Shown here piece by piece: positions 7,283 to 16,743 of a stretch of DNA of 64,000 bases. Both the position numbers and the translations under genes were made by a program. The stretch is from an uncultured Actinomycetota bacterium (GTDB lineage: Bacteria; Actinomycetota; Actinomycetes; Streptosporangiales; Streptosporangiaceae): positions 39,691 through 103,690 of the forward strand of contig CAVZSM010000034.1 in the NCBI GenBank assembly GCA_963777905.1. Direction: 5' to 3'. Under the pieces are notes generated by a model. It searched no databases. It saw nothing but the letters and a program-made list of their open reading frames with translations, and was not told where the DNA came from. Position 1 is the stretch's first letter. The number at the start of each line of letters is the position of its first letter.

Positions 7283-9664
7283 TCACGCCCCCACGTACGC
7301 CGGGGCGGGCTGCTCGGACGGCGCCGCGTCGCGCGCGGCCCGGACCGCCCAGTAGACGGCTTCCGGCGTGGCCGGGGTGGCTAGCGTGACGCTCCGCCCG
7401 GCCGGGCCGAACGCGCCGACCGCCTGCCGCAGCGCCTCGCGCACGCTGAACGCCTCCATCAGCGGCGGCTCGCCGACCGCCTTCGAGCCGTACACCACGC
7501 CCGATTCTGTCGCCCGCTCGAACAGGTGCACGTTGAACTCCTCGGGCATCTCCGAGAAGCTCGGGATCTTGTAGGTGCTCGCGGCCTGGGTGTTCAGCCG
7601 GCCCCGGTTCGGCCCGTCGGTCTCGTCCCAGAGCAGTTCCTCCAGCGTCAGCCATCCGACGCCCTGCACGAAACCGCCCTCGATCTGGCCCAGGTCGACC
7701 AGCGGGGACAGGCTGTCGCCGACGTCGTGCACGATGTCGGCCCGCCGCAGCCGGTACGCGCCAGTGAACCCGTCCACCTCGACCTCGGCCGCCGCCGCGC
7801 CGTACGCGAAGTACTTGAACGGCTCGCCCTGCATCCGCTCGGCGTCCCAGTGCAGCCCCTCCGTCCGGTAGAAGCCGGCCGCCCACAGCTGGACGCGCCG
7901 CATGTACGCGTCGTGCACCAGCTCGGGCCAGGCGATCCGCTGGTCGCCGGCGCCGAGGCCGGTGACCATGCCGCCGGCGAAGCGCACGTCCTCGGCGGGC
8001 ACGCCGAGCCGTCCGGCGGCCACGATGGCTAGCCGCTCGCGGATCTGGTCGCAGGCGTTCTTGACCGCGCCGCCGTTGAGGTCGGCGCCCGCGCTGGCCG
8101 CGGTGGCCGAGGTGTTCGGCACCTTGTCGGTGCGGGTCGGCGCGAGCCGCACCGCCGCCATCGGCACGCCGAGCGCGGTAGCGGCGACCTGGATCATCTT
8201 GGTGTGCAGGCCCTGCCCCATCTCGGTGCCGCCGTGGTTGATCAGCACGGAGCCGTCCTTGTAGACGTGCACCAGCGCCCCGGCCTGGTTGAACGCGGTG
8301 AGGTTGAACGAGATGCCGAACTTGACGGGGGTTATCGCGAGCCCGCGCTTGGCGTCCTGGTGCGCCGCGTTGAACGCCGCCACCGCGGCCTGCCGCCGGT
8401 CGAAGTCGCTGCGCTCGGCGCACAGCGACCAGATCGCCGCGAGCCGCTCCGCGTGCCGCACGGGCTGTCCGTACGGCGTCGCCTGACCGGGCCGGTAGAA
8501 GTTCCTGCGGCGCAGCTCGTGCGGTTCGACGCCGAGCGCGGGCGCGCAGCGGCCGAGGATGTCCTCGATGACGATCATGCCCTGCGGGCCGCCGAAGCCG
8601 CGGAACGCGGTGTTCGACTGCCGGTTGGTCTTGGCGACGCGGCCGTGGACCTCGATGTCAGGAATCCAGTACGCGTTGTCGATGTGGCACAGGGCGCGGG
8701 CCAGCACGGGTTCTGACAGGTCCAGGCTCCAGCCGCCGTTGCTGGTCAGGGTGGCGCGCAGCGCGCACAGCCGCTTGCCGGCGTCGAAGCCCGCCTCCCA
8801 GGTCGCGAAGAACGGGTGCCGCTTGCCGGTCATCGTGATGTCCTGGGTGCGGTTGAGCCGCAGGCTCACCGGGTGCCCGGTCAGCGCGGCCCCCAGCGCC
8901 GCGATGGCGGCCAGCCCGTGCGGCTGGAACTCCTTGCCGCCGAAACCGCCGCCCATGCGCAGGCACTGCACGGTGACCTGGTGTGCCGGCACGCCGAGCA
9001 CGTGGGCCACGATGTCCTGGGTCTCCGTCGGGTGCTGCGTGCTCGACTGGACGAAGATCTGGCCGTTCTCGTCGACGATGGCCAGCGCGGCCTGGGTCTC
9101 CAGGTAGAAGTGCTCCTGCCCGCCGATCTCGAGTTCGCCGCTGAACCGATGGGCGGCCGTGTCCAGCGCGGCGGCCGCGTCGCCGCGGCTGACCGTGCGG
9201 TGCTCGCCCTGGTAGCTGCCTGCCCTGATCGCGTCGCGGGTGGTGATCAGCGCGGGCAGCGGCTCGTAGTCGGCCTCGATCCTGGCCGCTCCCAGCCGGG
9301 CCGCTTCCAGGGTCTCGCCCAGCACCCAGCAGATCGCGTGCCCGTGGTACATGACCTCGCTGGGGAACAGCGGCTCGTCATGCTTCTCGCCGGCGTCGTT
9401 CAGGCCGGGCACGTCGTCGGCGGTCAGCACCCGGACCACGCCCGGCACGTCGTAGGCGGCCGCCACGCGCAGGCCGGTGAGGCGGGCGTGGGCGTGGCGC
9501 GCCTGGACCGGCCAGGCGTGCAGGGTGCCGAGCGTGCGGCCGATGAGGTCGTTCGTGTACAGCGCGGCCCCGGTCACGTGCAGATCGGCGCTCTCGTGGG
9601 AGACCTCAAGGCCGACCGCGGGCTTATCCGGCCGGTCCGCCAGCGGCCCGTATCCCTTGCTCAT
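7283..9664 (-). CDS. xdhB: xanthine dehydrogenase molybdopterin-binding subunit
   Basis: 793 aa with aldehyde oxidase/xanthine dehydrogenase a/b-hammerhead and Mo-binding motifs (GGGFGGKE, AFRGFGGPQG). 4-bp overlap with xdhA. Confidence 0.92.
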   Translation of the reverse strand: MSKGYGPLADRPDKPAVGLEVSHESADLHVTGAALYTNDLIGRTLGTLHAWPVQARHAHARLTGLRVAAAYDVPGVVRVLTADDVPGLNDAGEKHDEPLFPSEVMYHGHAICWVLGETLEAARLGAARIEADYEPLPALITTRDAIRAGSYQGEHRTVSRGDAAAALDTAAHRFSGELEIGGQEHFYLETQAALAIVDENGQIFVQSSTQHPTETQDIVAHVLGVPAHQVTVQCLRMGGGFGGKEFQPHGLAAIAALGAALTGHPVSLRLNRTQDITMTGKRHPFFATWEAGFDAGKRLCALRATLTSNGGWSLDLSEPVLARALCHIDNAYWIPDIEVHGRVAKTNRQSNTAFRGFGGPQGMIVIEDILGRCAPALGVEPHELRRRNFYRPGQATPYGQPVRHAERLAAIWSLCAERSDFDRRQAAVAAFNAAHQDAKRGLAITPVKFGISFNLTAFNQAGALVHVYKDGSVLINHGGTEMGQGLHTKMIQVAATALGVPMAAVRLAPTRTDKVPNTSATAASAGADLNGGAVKNACDQIRERLAIVAAGRLGVPAEDVRFAGGMVTGLGAGDQRIAWPELVHDAYMRRVQLWAAGFYRTEGLHWDAERMQGEPFKYFAYGAAAAEVEVDGFTGAYRLRRADIVHDVGDSLSPLVDLGQIEGGFVQGVGWLTLEELLWDETDGPNRGRLNTQAASTYKIPSFSEMPEEFNVHLFERATESGVVYGSKAVGEPPLMEAFSVREALRQAVGAFGPAGRSVTLATPATPEAVYWAVRAARDAAPSEQPAPAYVGA

Positions 9665-11190
9665 GATCTCGGCCCTCCTGCCTGCGCCGGGTTCTCGGCG
9701 TAGAACTTCAGCAGCGAGTTACGCAGCATGGCGATCCGGTAGCTCTCGCTGGCCCGGTGGTCGCTGATCGGCGTGCCTGTCCTGGCCAGCTCGCCGGCGG
9801 CCGCCGTGACGGTCTCGCGGGTCCACGGCTGGCCCCGCAGCGCTTCCTCGGCGGCCGTCGCGCGCAGCGGCGTGGCCGCCACCCCGCCCAGGCCGATCCG
9901 GACCGAGGCCACCCGGCCGTCGTCGTCCAGTGCCAGCGCGTACGCCATGGCCACGCTCGAGATGTCGTCGAACCGGCGCTTGGCGATCTTGTGGAAGGCG
10001 GTGACCGGGGCCAGCGGCAGCGGGATGCGGATCGTCGTGATCAGCTCGTCGGGCCGCCGGACGCACTCCCGGTAGCCGGTGTGGTAGTCGGCCAGCGGGA
10101 CCTCCCGCTTGACTTCCCCCTCGCCGGTGACCGAGGCCAGCACGAGCGAGGCGTCCAGGGCCAGCAGCACCGGCGGCGCGTCGCCGATCGGCGACGCGGT
10201 GCCGAGATTGCCGCCCAGCGTGGCCCCGTTGCGGATCAGCCTGGACGCGAACTGCGGGAACATGTCGGACAGCAGCGGCACCCGGCCGTCAAGCAGGGAC
10301 TCGATCTCCGACAGGCTCAGCCCGGCGCCAAGTTCAATGCGGTCCGGGCCGAAGGAGAACTCCCGCAGCTCCTCGAGCCGCTCGATGCCGATGGTCAGCG
10401 CGGCCCTGGCGTGCCTGATGTTCAGCTCGACGCCCCAGTCGGTGGATCCGGCCACCACCCGCGCGTCCGGGCGGGCGGCGAGCAGCTCGAGGGCCGCGCG
10501 CAGGCTGTCCGGGCGGACGTAGCCGCCCTGCGCGCTCGAGGTCGTGGTGGCGGCGGCCGCCGGGGCGGGCTCGGCCATCCGGGCCGCCAACGGGTCGGCG
10601 GTGTCCGGCTGGCCCAGCGCATAGGCCGCGTCGCGGATCGGCCGGTAGCCAGTGCACCGGCACAGGTTGCCCGACAGCGCGTGCAGGTCGAACCCGTTCG
10701 GCCCGTGCTCGTGGTCAGCCGTGCCCGAACCGTTGAGCCCTGCTTGCCCGGTAAGCCCTGCTGACCCGGAGAGCCCTGCTGGCCCCGTTCCGGCGGGCCG
10801 CCGCCCTGGCCGGTAGTACTCGGCGGCCATCGAGCAGATGAAGCCGGGCGTGCAGTAGCCGCACTGGGAGCCGCCGCGGTCGGCCATCTCGCGCTGGACC
10901 GGGTGCAGCTGCCCCGGCCGGCCCAGGCCTTCGGCGGTGACGACCTCCTGCTGGTCGAACGCCGCGGCCGGCACCAGGCAGGCGTTGATCGCGACCCAGC
11001 GCGTACGGTCCGGCCGGTCCGGCCCGTCCTGGCGGGCGACCAGCACGGCGCACGCGCCGCACTCTCCTTCCGCGCAGCCCTCCTTGCACCCGGTGAGGCC
11101 GTCGGCGCGCAGCCATTCCAGCAGGGTCACGTGACCGCCGACCTCGCCGAGCTCGCGAGTCCGCCCGTTGACCACCAGCTGAGGTTTCAC
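9661..11190 (-). CDS. xdhA: xanthine dehydrogenase small subunit (2Fe-2S + FAD-binding)
   Basis: 509 aa. Cys clusters GCKEGCAEGECGAC and CGYCTPGF...CRCTGY, then an FAD-binding domain. GTG start with an upstream GGGAG. Confidence 0.92.
   Translation of the reverse strand: MKPQLVVNGRTRELGEVGGHVTLLEWLRADGLTGCKEGCAEGECGACAVLVARQDGPDRPDRTRWVAINACLVPAAAFDQQEVVTAEGLGRPGQLHPVQREMADRGGSQCGYCTPGFICSMAAEYYRPGRRPAGTGPAGLSGSAGLTGQAGLNGSGTADHEHGPNGFDLHALSGNLCRCTGYRPIRDAAYALGQPDTADPLAARMAEPAPAAAATTTSSAQGGYVRPDSLRAALELLAARPDARVVAGSTDWGVELNIRHARAALTIGIERLEELREFSFGPDRIELGAGLSLSEIESLLDGRVPLLSDMFPQFASRLIRNGATLGGNLGTASPIGDAPPVLLALDASLVLASVTGEGEVKREVPLADYHTGYRECVRRPDELITTIRIPLPLAPVTAFHKIAKRRFDDISSVAMAYALALDDDGRVASVRIGLGGVAATPLRATAAEEALRGQPWTRETVTAAAGELARTGTPISDHRASESYRIAMLRNSLLKFYAENPAQAGGPRS
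10732..10785. repeat. 18-bp x3 tandem repeat in the xdhA inter-domain linker
   Basis: GTTGAGCCCTGCTTGCCC / GGTAAGCCCTGCTGACCC / GGAGAGCCCTGCTGGCCC. Encodes AGL(S/T/N)G(S/Q) x3 on the minus strand. Confidence 0.85.
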
Positions 11191-11236
11191 CGCACGCTCC
11201 CAGGGACAACTCTGTCTCTTACCGACGATAACGCCG

Positions 11237-12127
11237 TCAGAAACCGGGAATGGCCTGCCAGGCCCGGCCGGGGTCGGGAGCGTCGTCGCGGGTCACGGTG
11301 CCTTCGATCAGGCCGTACGGGCGGTCCGCGGCGTAGTACACCTCGTTGTCGTTCGGCAGCCCGAACGGGCTCAGGTCGACGAGGAAGTGATGCTTGTTCG
11401 GCATCGACATCCGGATCTCGGCCACCTCCGGGTGCGCCTCGAGCACCTGCTCGCCCATGAAGTAGAGCGTCTGCTGAAGAGCCAGGCTGTGCTTGGCCGC
11501 GAACGACTCGATCAGGATGCGCCGCACGTCGGCGTAGCTCTTCCCCCAGTCCACGTCGGTGCCCGCGTACCGCCAGCGCGCGGTGACCGCGGTAGCCAGG
11601 ACGCGGTCCCTGGTCTCCTGCAGCGAGGTGTACCGGTCGCGCGGGAAACCCCGGAACTCCAACCCGGTCGACTTGAGCACCACCAGGTCGGTCAGGCCCG
11701 AGATCACCCAGGCCTGCTCGCCGTCGATGGTGACGTCCGTGGTCCTGGTGCCGCCCCCGGCCCGTGTGAAGGCGTGCCCGTGCTCGGCGCCGTCCGCCAT
11801 GATCCGGTCCCAGCCGTACTCCTGGATGCTGATCTTCGCGCCGGTCACCCACTCGAAGCTGTCCGTGAAATGCCGGCCAAGGCGCAACGCGAACGTCTCG
11901 ATCTCGGCTACCCCGTACTGCTGGGCGAAGGCGTAGACGGTGTTCTTCTGGGTGTCGGTGGCGACGACCTTCGAGTTGTCGCCAAGCAGGTGAGCGTCGG
12001 CGAAGTCGCCGCGCAGCGTGCTCGACACGTTCAGATCCTTGACCTGGTGCCGGTCACCGTCGCGGGTGACGTGGACCAGGCGGACTTCCGCCTTGCCGTA
12101 CTGGTTGTCGCCGAAGGTGATGGCCAT
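11237..12127 (-). CDS. urate oxidase (factor-independent urate hydroxylase)
   Basis: MAITFGDNQYGKAEVRLVHVTRDG...VATDTQKNTVYAFA is the classic uricase N-terminus. ATG at 12127 is preceded by GGAG; an alternative GTG lies at 12133. Confidence 0.9.
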   Translation of the reverse strand: MAITFGDNQYGKAEVRLVHVTRDGDRHQVKDLNVSSTLRGDFADAHLLGDNSKVVATDTQKNTVYAFAQQYGVAEIETFALRLGRHFTDSFEWVTGAKISIQEYGWDRIMADGAEHGHAFTRAGGGTRTTDVTIDGEQAWVISGLTDLVVLKSTGLEFRGFPRDRYTSLQETRDRVLATAVTARWRYAGTDVDWGKSYADVRRILIESFAAKHSLALQQTLYFMGEQVLEAHPEVAEIRMSMPNKHHFLVDLSPFGLPNDNEVYYAADRPYGLIEGTVTRDDAPDPGRAWQAIPGF

Positions 12128-12289
12128 GATCACTCCGCGATCTCTCGTGCGCTCATCTCCTCATGGTGCTGCAGCGATGCCGCGTGCGCCATGCCAGCGC
12201 CCCCCGGCCGTCGAGCCAACGCATGCCCTTCGGGTACCCGGTGGTCTTGACGTTGAGCTGGTAGCCGGGTCCCGGTTTCGCGGGCGAGG

Positions 12290-12811
12290 TCAGGTGGTTG
12301 TGCCCTGGTTAAAGCGGTACCGGGTCTGGGTGTAGGGGCTCTTACCGAACGAGAGGACCTTCACCGGTGTGACGCCGAAGACGAGCCCCTGGCGGCCATC
12401 GGCATCGCCGAACACCTCGCCGGTGACCTCGAAATCCCAGTCGAGCTTGGACTTCCACATCGCCGCCAGCCGTTGGAGCTGCGCGGTGTGGGTCACGCGA
12501 GCGGCGGTTCCCTCGACCACGACGTCGAGCCCCGACCGGAGATGGCTGGTGCCGGTGGTGAGGATGCAGCGGGGATTGGACTCCAGGTTCTTCGCTTTCT
12601 GCTCATGTGAGCCGGCGCAGAAGTGAAGCGTTCCGTCGAGCCATATCGCCGGGAGCGGCGTGACGTGCGGACGCCCATCGCGACGTACGGTGGACAGCCA
12701 GAACATCTCTGACTTCGACAGCACATCGGCCACCTCGGCCCACGGCCGGCCCGCAGCACCCGGTTCACTGAATCCCTCGTTCAACTCTACGGTCGGTTCG
12801 GTCTCGGGCAT
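12290..12811 (-). CDS. pyridoxamine 5'-phosphate oxidase (PPOX) family protein
   Basis: MFWLSTVRRDGRPHVTPLPAIWLDGTLHFCAGSHEQKAKNLESNPRC is the PPOX split-barrel pattern. ATG at 12811 (the ORF-track start at 12814 is TTG). Confidence 0.75.
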   Translation of the reverse strand: MPETEPTVELNEGFSEPGAAGRPWAEVADVLSKSEMFWLSTVRRDGRPHVTPLPAIWLDGTLHFCAGSHEQKAKNLESNPRCILTTGTSHLRSGLDVVVEGTAARVTHTAQLQRLAAMWKSKLDWDFEVTGEVFGDADGRQGLVFGVTPVKVLSFGKSPYTQTRYRFNQGTTT

Positions 12812-12969
12812 CAACGCTGTCCTGTTCAGGGTCTCGTTCGATCAACTCATCACCAGATAGACGCGGCGGCCAAGCGGAACTCATCGCTCCGTGACGCAGG
12901 TGCAATTGCAGCGCCGATCGTGACATCCTGGCCCGCTCACGCGCGGCCCTCAACCCTCATACTGAGACG

Positions 12970-13869
12970 GTGGCCGCGAACCGGATGCCTGCCGCCGACG
13001 TCGACATTTCCGCTGATCTGGTGCGACGGCTGCTCGTCAGCCAGCACCCGGATCTCGGCAGGCTGCCGGTCGAGTTCCTGGCGAACGGGTGGGACAACGC
13101 GCTGTTCCGTCTGGGGACGGAGCTGGTCATCCGGATGCCGCGCCGCCTGCTCGGCGCGACGATCATCGAGCACGAGCAGCGGTGGCTGCCATCGCTGGCA
13201 CCCCGGCTTCCGCTCCCCATTCCTTATCCAGAACGGACTGGTCACTCCGCCCTCGGCTACCCCTACTCATGGAGCGTGGTGCCCTACATCCCGGGGACGC
13301 CCGCGGCCGACGAGGAACCGGGGGACCTTGACTCGGCCGCCGTGGCGGCCGCCGTCGGCGGGTTCCTTGGCGCGCTGCACGTGCCGGCGCCGCCGGACGC
13401 GCCGGCCAACCCGTTCCGTGGCGTGCCGCTGGCCGGACGCGCGCCGAATCTCGCTGCCAACCTGGGGCTGCTCGAGGGCGCGGTGGACCGGGATCTCGCG
13501 CTGCGCTCGTGGGAGTCCGCGCTGGCGGCGCCCGGCTATAACGGCCCGCCGCGGTGGCTGCACGGCGACCTGCACCCGGCCAACATCCTGGTCCTCGATG
13601 GCCAGGTCAGCGGGGTCATCGACTTCGGGGACATCACGTCGGGGGATCCGGCCACGGACCTCGCGGTGGCGTGGATGCTGCTGCCCCCCGCGTGGCACGG
13701 CGCCTTCCGCGCGGCGTACGAGGCCGCCGGCGGACCGCCCGGCGACGCCCTCTGGCAGCGCGCCCGCGGCTGGGCGCTGAACCTCGCGCTCGTCTTCCTG
13801 GCTCACTCGGCGGACAACCCGCAGCTGCGACGCGTCGGGCGCCGCACCCTCCGCGCCGTCCTGGGTTAG
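12970..13869 (+). CDS. aminoglycoside phosphotransferase (APH) family kinase
   Basis: FLANGWDNALFRLG..., then WLHGDLHPANILV and VIDFGD catalytic/Mg motifs. Confidence 0.8.
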   Translation: MAANRMPAADVDISADLVRRLLVSQHPDLGRLPVEFLANGWDNALFRLGTELVIRMPRRLLGATIIEHEQRWLPSLAPRLPLPIPYPERTGHSALGYPYSWSVVPYIPGTPAADEEPGDLDSAAVAAAVGGFLGALHVPAPPDAPANPFRGVPLAGRAPNLAANLGLLEGAVDRDLALRSWESALAAPGYNGPPRWLHGDLHPANILVLDGQVSGVIDFGDITSGDPATDLAVAWMLLPPAWHGAFRAAYEAAGGPPGDALWQRARGWALNLALVFLAHSADNPQLRRVGRRTLRAVLG

Positions 13870-14963
13870 TGCCCGTGCCCGCTGCGCGCCTGCCGGTACT
13901 TCGCCCGCAGCCAGCCGGCTGCACCATGCAAAACCGGGTGTCGCCTGACGACCTCGATCACCCGCCCGCGTGCGGCCACCCGCGCTCGGGGGGCCGTCGC
14001 GAGCACCGCACCGCGGAGCGAGCCCGTGGTGACAATGCCGACGCCGACGAATAGGTCACCGTTCTTCAGCTCATCTTTATAGCGCTGGAGACCGGTGCCC
14101 ATGTCGATCACGCGAACACCCGCGGCCGGCGTGAACTCGGCCATGCGCAGGTGCATGATGAGCCCGGCCGAATACCGGCTGAACTCTGCGTCGTACGCCG
14201 GGAACCAGTGGGCCAGGGTATCGCCGCCGCGCAGTCCGAAGTGCGCGGCGATCGGAACATCGGCCGCGTACAGCACAGAGAAGAGGCCGCTGAAGGAGTC
14301 ACCGCGGGTGCTGAACAGCGTTTCAATCAGGCCGGTAACCCACGACCACGCGAAAATGTCGAACTGCCCGGTCCGGCGGTACTGGGCTCTTTTCCAGGTG
14401 AGCAGGGAGCGGAAAGCGCTGATGTCGTCTGAATCAGCCACGAAACGAAGTTCGCCCGGCTCACGTTCCAGCTTCCGTGCTTTGCGCTCTGTGTTCCTGC
14501 ACAGCTGCGGGGCCTGGGTGCCAAGCTTTTCATAGTAGGCATCGAATCCGTTGGACAGGTCGATGATCGGCGAGCGTTCCACGCCTGTCCGGTACCGTTC
14601 AAACGGCTGTTGCGAAGCCTCAAGGTGATCAAAACGCCACGCGGGGAGCCCGCATCGTCGCACCAGTTCGCGCGCGTCCCACTGGACGTCAGGAGCGTGG
14701 ATGAGGCCCTGGCAGTCGGTCATCCCTGCCGCGATGGGCAGCCCTGCCCCGAGCCTGCCCCGCTCAAAAGGGAAAAACCCTGCAACGTCAGGCCCGTCGC
14801 TCAGAACGGCGACTCGTGCGCCCGGCCGGAATTCACCAACGGCGATCGTGAACTCCGGGGAAAGAAACGGGCTGGCGAGAGACGGCGTACTAGACTGCAT
14901 GGCACGCCAGGAGGCGATGTCGTCCGGCCCCAATTCGCCCGGGCGCACAACGGAAACCCGCAT
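13866..14963 (-). CDS. GNAT-type acetyltransferase (BioF2/CelD-like, Acetyltransf_6-like)
   Basis: 365-aa ORF resembling the CelD/BioF2-like acetyltransferase family. Visibly lower GC than its neighbours. Confidence 0.65.
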   Translation of the reverse strand: MRVSVVRPGELGPDDIASWRAMQSSTPSLASPFLSPEFTIAVGEFRPGARVAVLSDGPDVAGFFPFERGRLGAGLPIAAGMTDCQGLIHAPDVQWDARELVRRCGLPAWRFDHLEASQQPFERYRTGVERSPIIDLSNGFDAYYEKLGTQAPQLCRNTERKARKLEREPGELRFVADSDDISAFRSLLTWKRAQYRRTGQFDIFAWSWVTGLIETLFSTRGDSFSGLFSVLYAADVPIAAHFGLRGGDTLAHWFPAYDAEFSRYSAGLIMHLRMAEFTPAAGVRVIDMGTGLQRYKDELKNGDLFVGVGIVTTGSLRGAVLATAPRARVAARGRVIEVVRRHPVLHGAAGWLRAKYRQARSGHGH

Positions 14964-14973
14964 TTCGTCACTC

Positions 14974-15744
14974 CTATTTCCAGGGCGGCCTGCCGACCAG
15001 GCAGTACTCGTGTCCGGCGGGGTCGGTCAGCACGGTCCAGTACTGGAACGTACCGGTCACCCGCGCGCCGTGGTCGACGTGCCAGGCTACCGCCGCGTCC
15101 CGGTCCGTGCAGCCTAGATCGATGTGCCCGCGGACCCGCTGACCGGGCGCCGCCTCCTCCCGCCGCTGCAGCAGGAGCCGGACCGGCATCCCGGTGCCCG
15201 CCGGCCCGGTCAGGTAGGCGAACCCCGGCACCGGCGCGGCCTGTGGCGCCTGGCCGGTGAGCGCGGCCCAGAAGGCGCTCTCGCTGGCGAACAGCTCCGG
15301 CGGGATGTCCAGGCACAGCGTGTCCACCCGGCTGACCCCGCGGCCATCCACCGCCTGCGGGGCCGGCACAGCACGCTCTCCCTCCCAGCGGACCAGGCAG
15401 AACGTGAACCCGCCGGGACTGTCAGCGACGATCACCTCGCCCGCCTCCCGGTGCCGCACGGTCGCGCCAAGCGCCACCGCCAGGCCGGCCGCCTCATCAA
15501 GCGCCTGCAGCGCCCCGCCCGCCGTATCGACGTGCAGGTCGAGGTGGTAACCGCCGTCCCCGGCGAGCACCCGCTGCACCCGCAGATAGGCGTCGCCGGA
15601 CGGAGGCAGCATGGTGGCGAATTCGCCACCGGGCCCGCGGAACGGCGACAGCCCCGCCCCCGTCACCGCCCGCCAGAACGCGATGCCCGGGCCGAACCCC
15701 GCCGCGGGGAAATCCAGGAAGACCGTGAGCCACCGGAACGTCAC
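14974..15744 (-). CDS. VOC (glyoxalase/bleomycin-resistance-like) family protein, two-domain
   Basis: GTG start (VTFRWLTVFLDFP...) inside ORF 14974..16404. The motif FWRAVTG...YLRVQR...HLDLHV appears twice, in diverged form. Confidence 0.75.
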   Translation of the reverse strand: MTFRWLTVFLDFPAAGFGPGIAFWRAVTGAGLSPFRGPGGEFATMLPPSGDAYLRVQRVLAGDGGYHLDLHVDTAGGALQALDEAAGLAVALGATVRHREAGEVIVADSPGGFTFCLVRWEGERAVPAPQAVDGRGVSRVDTLCLDIPPELFASESAFWAALTGQAPQAAPVPGFAYLTGPAGTGMPVRLLLQRREEAAPGQRVRGHIDLGCTDRDAAVAWHVDHGARVTGTFQYWTVLTDPAGHEYCLVGRPPWK

Positions 15745-15768
15745 GCCCTCAAGGTAGTGTGCTGTGCC

Positions 15769-16557
15769 ATGAGGACGGTAGAGCCCGAGATTTTCCTGGT
15801 CGCGCGGCCCCAGATCGACTACCAGGCGATCGCCGCCTACCTGCGCGAAGTCGGCGGGGAACGCTGGCTGGAGCGGCTGGACCGCGACCAGCTCGACACC
15901 GACGCGCAGAACCTCGCCGAGTTCGCTGGCCGGATGTGCTACCGCTCCTGGGAGCCTGGCCTGAACCCGAACGTGAGCCGGATCCGCGAGGACCAGGTCC
16001 GGTACCTGGAAAACATCCTGCGCAGCGGCCACGGATCGGTCCTCGAGCACATCAACTTCACGTTCGTCCTGCACAACGTCAGTCGCGTATTCACCCATGA
16101 AACCGTCAGGCACCGCGCTGGAACGGCCATCTCGCAGGAGTCGCTGCGCTTCGTCCGCCTCGACGAGCTGCCCTTCTGGTTCCCCGACTGGGCGCAGCAA
16201 GACCCCGAGCTCATGAAGCGAGCGACCGCCCTGCTGACGGAGATGGAAGCCTTCCAGCAGTGGATGGCCGGGCACTTCCGCCTCGACGACGACGGCGTCC
16301 CCTTCCACGAGAAGAAGCACAAGACGTCGTTCATGCGCCGCTTCGCGCCGGACGGCGTGGCCACCGGGCTGGTGTGGACCGCGAACATCAGGGCGCTGCG
16401 GCACACCATCGAAATGCGCACCGACGCGGGGGCCGAGGAGGAAATCCGCCTGGTCTTCGGCAAGATCGGGGAGATCATGCGCGCCGAGGCGCCCGCGCTT
16501 TTCAGCGACTACCAGGTGACCGACGGTGCATGGGTGCCAGGCTGGCGGAAGGTCTAG
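15769..16557 (+). CDS. thyX: FAD-dependent thymidylate synthase ThyX
   Basis: ATG at 15769 inside ORF 15124..16557. EFAGRMCYRSW, GHGSVLEH, and the ThyX motif region THETVRHRAGTAISQESLRF. Confidence 0.85.
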   Translation: MRTVEPEIFLVARPQIDYQAIAAYLREVGGERWLERLDRDQLDTDAQNLAEFAGRMCYRSWEPGLNPNVSRIREDQVRYLENILRSGHGSVLEHINFTFVLHNVSRVFTHETVRHRAGTAISQESLRFVRLDELPFWFPDWAQQDPELMKRATALLTEMEAFQQWMAGHFRLDDDGVPFHEKKHKTSFMRRFAPDGVATGLVWTANIRALRHTIEMRTDAGAEEEIRLVFGKIGEIMRAEAPALFSDYQVTDGAWVPGWRKV

Positions 16558-16680
16558 TTCTCGTCAGGAACCCGGCGGCGAAGAGAAGCCCGTAGAAATA
16601 AGTCATCGCCAGGTCAGAAACCGCTTCAGTCAGGAAGAATGGCGATGGTGCGGGGGCGGGGTTTGTGTTCCCGTCTGACG

Positions 16681-16712
16681 GTTGCGCACAGTGTTGCACT
16701 CGGTTGCACTCG
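16681..16712. promoter_or_regulatory. three direct GTTGC(G/A)C repeats upstream of the amidotransferase-like gene
   Basis: GTTGCGCACAGT GTTGCACTCG GTTGCACTCG lies about 30 bp upstream of the ATG at 16744. Function unknown. Confidence 0.3.
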
Positions 16713-16743
16713 CGACAGAGCGTTACAAGGCGAGGAGGACTGA

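Noticed and set aside
7221-8423. Long ORFs antisense to or overlapping well-supported genes. Examples: 7221..8423(-), 22026..23651(-), 23728..25533(-), 43301..45730(+), 43578..44849(-), 49413..50807(-), 59031..59990(-), 31489..33828(+), 18641..20476(+).
   Set aside because: These are typical high-GC shadow ORFs. Their products are Arg/Pro/Gly/Ala-rich with no motifs. Each fully overlaps a gene that has clear family signatures on another frame or strand.
12134-12289. Spacer between uricase and the PPOX gene, examined for uraH/uraD remnants or a small gene.
   Set aside because: Translations in all frames give nothing resembling transthyretin-like HIU hydrolase or OHCU decarboxylase. The only ATG-initiated ORF is about 23 codons, Arg-rich, and lacks an RBS.
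16502-16699. Minus-strand small ORF containing a hydrophobic peptide (MTYFYGLLFAAGFL...) in the thyX-downstream spacer. Possible type-I-toxin-like or leader peptide.
   Set aside because: It has no RBS or promoter that I can see, it runs antisense into the thyX 3' end, and its composition beyond the first 15 residues is shadow-like.
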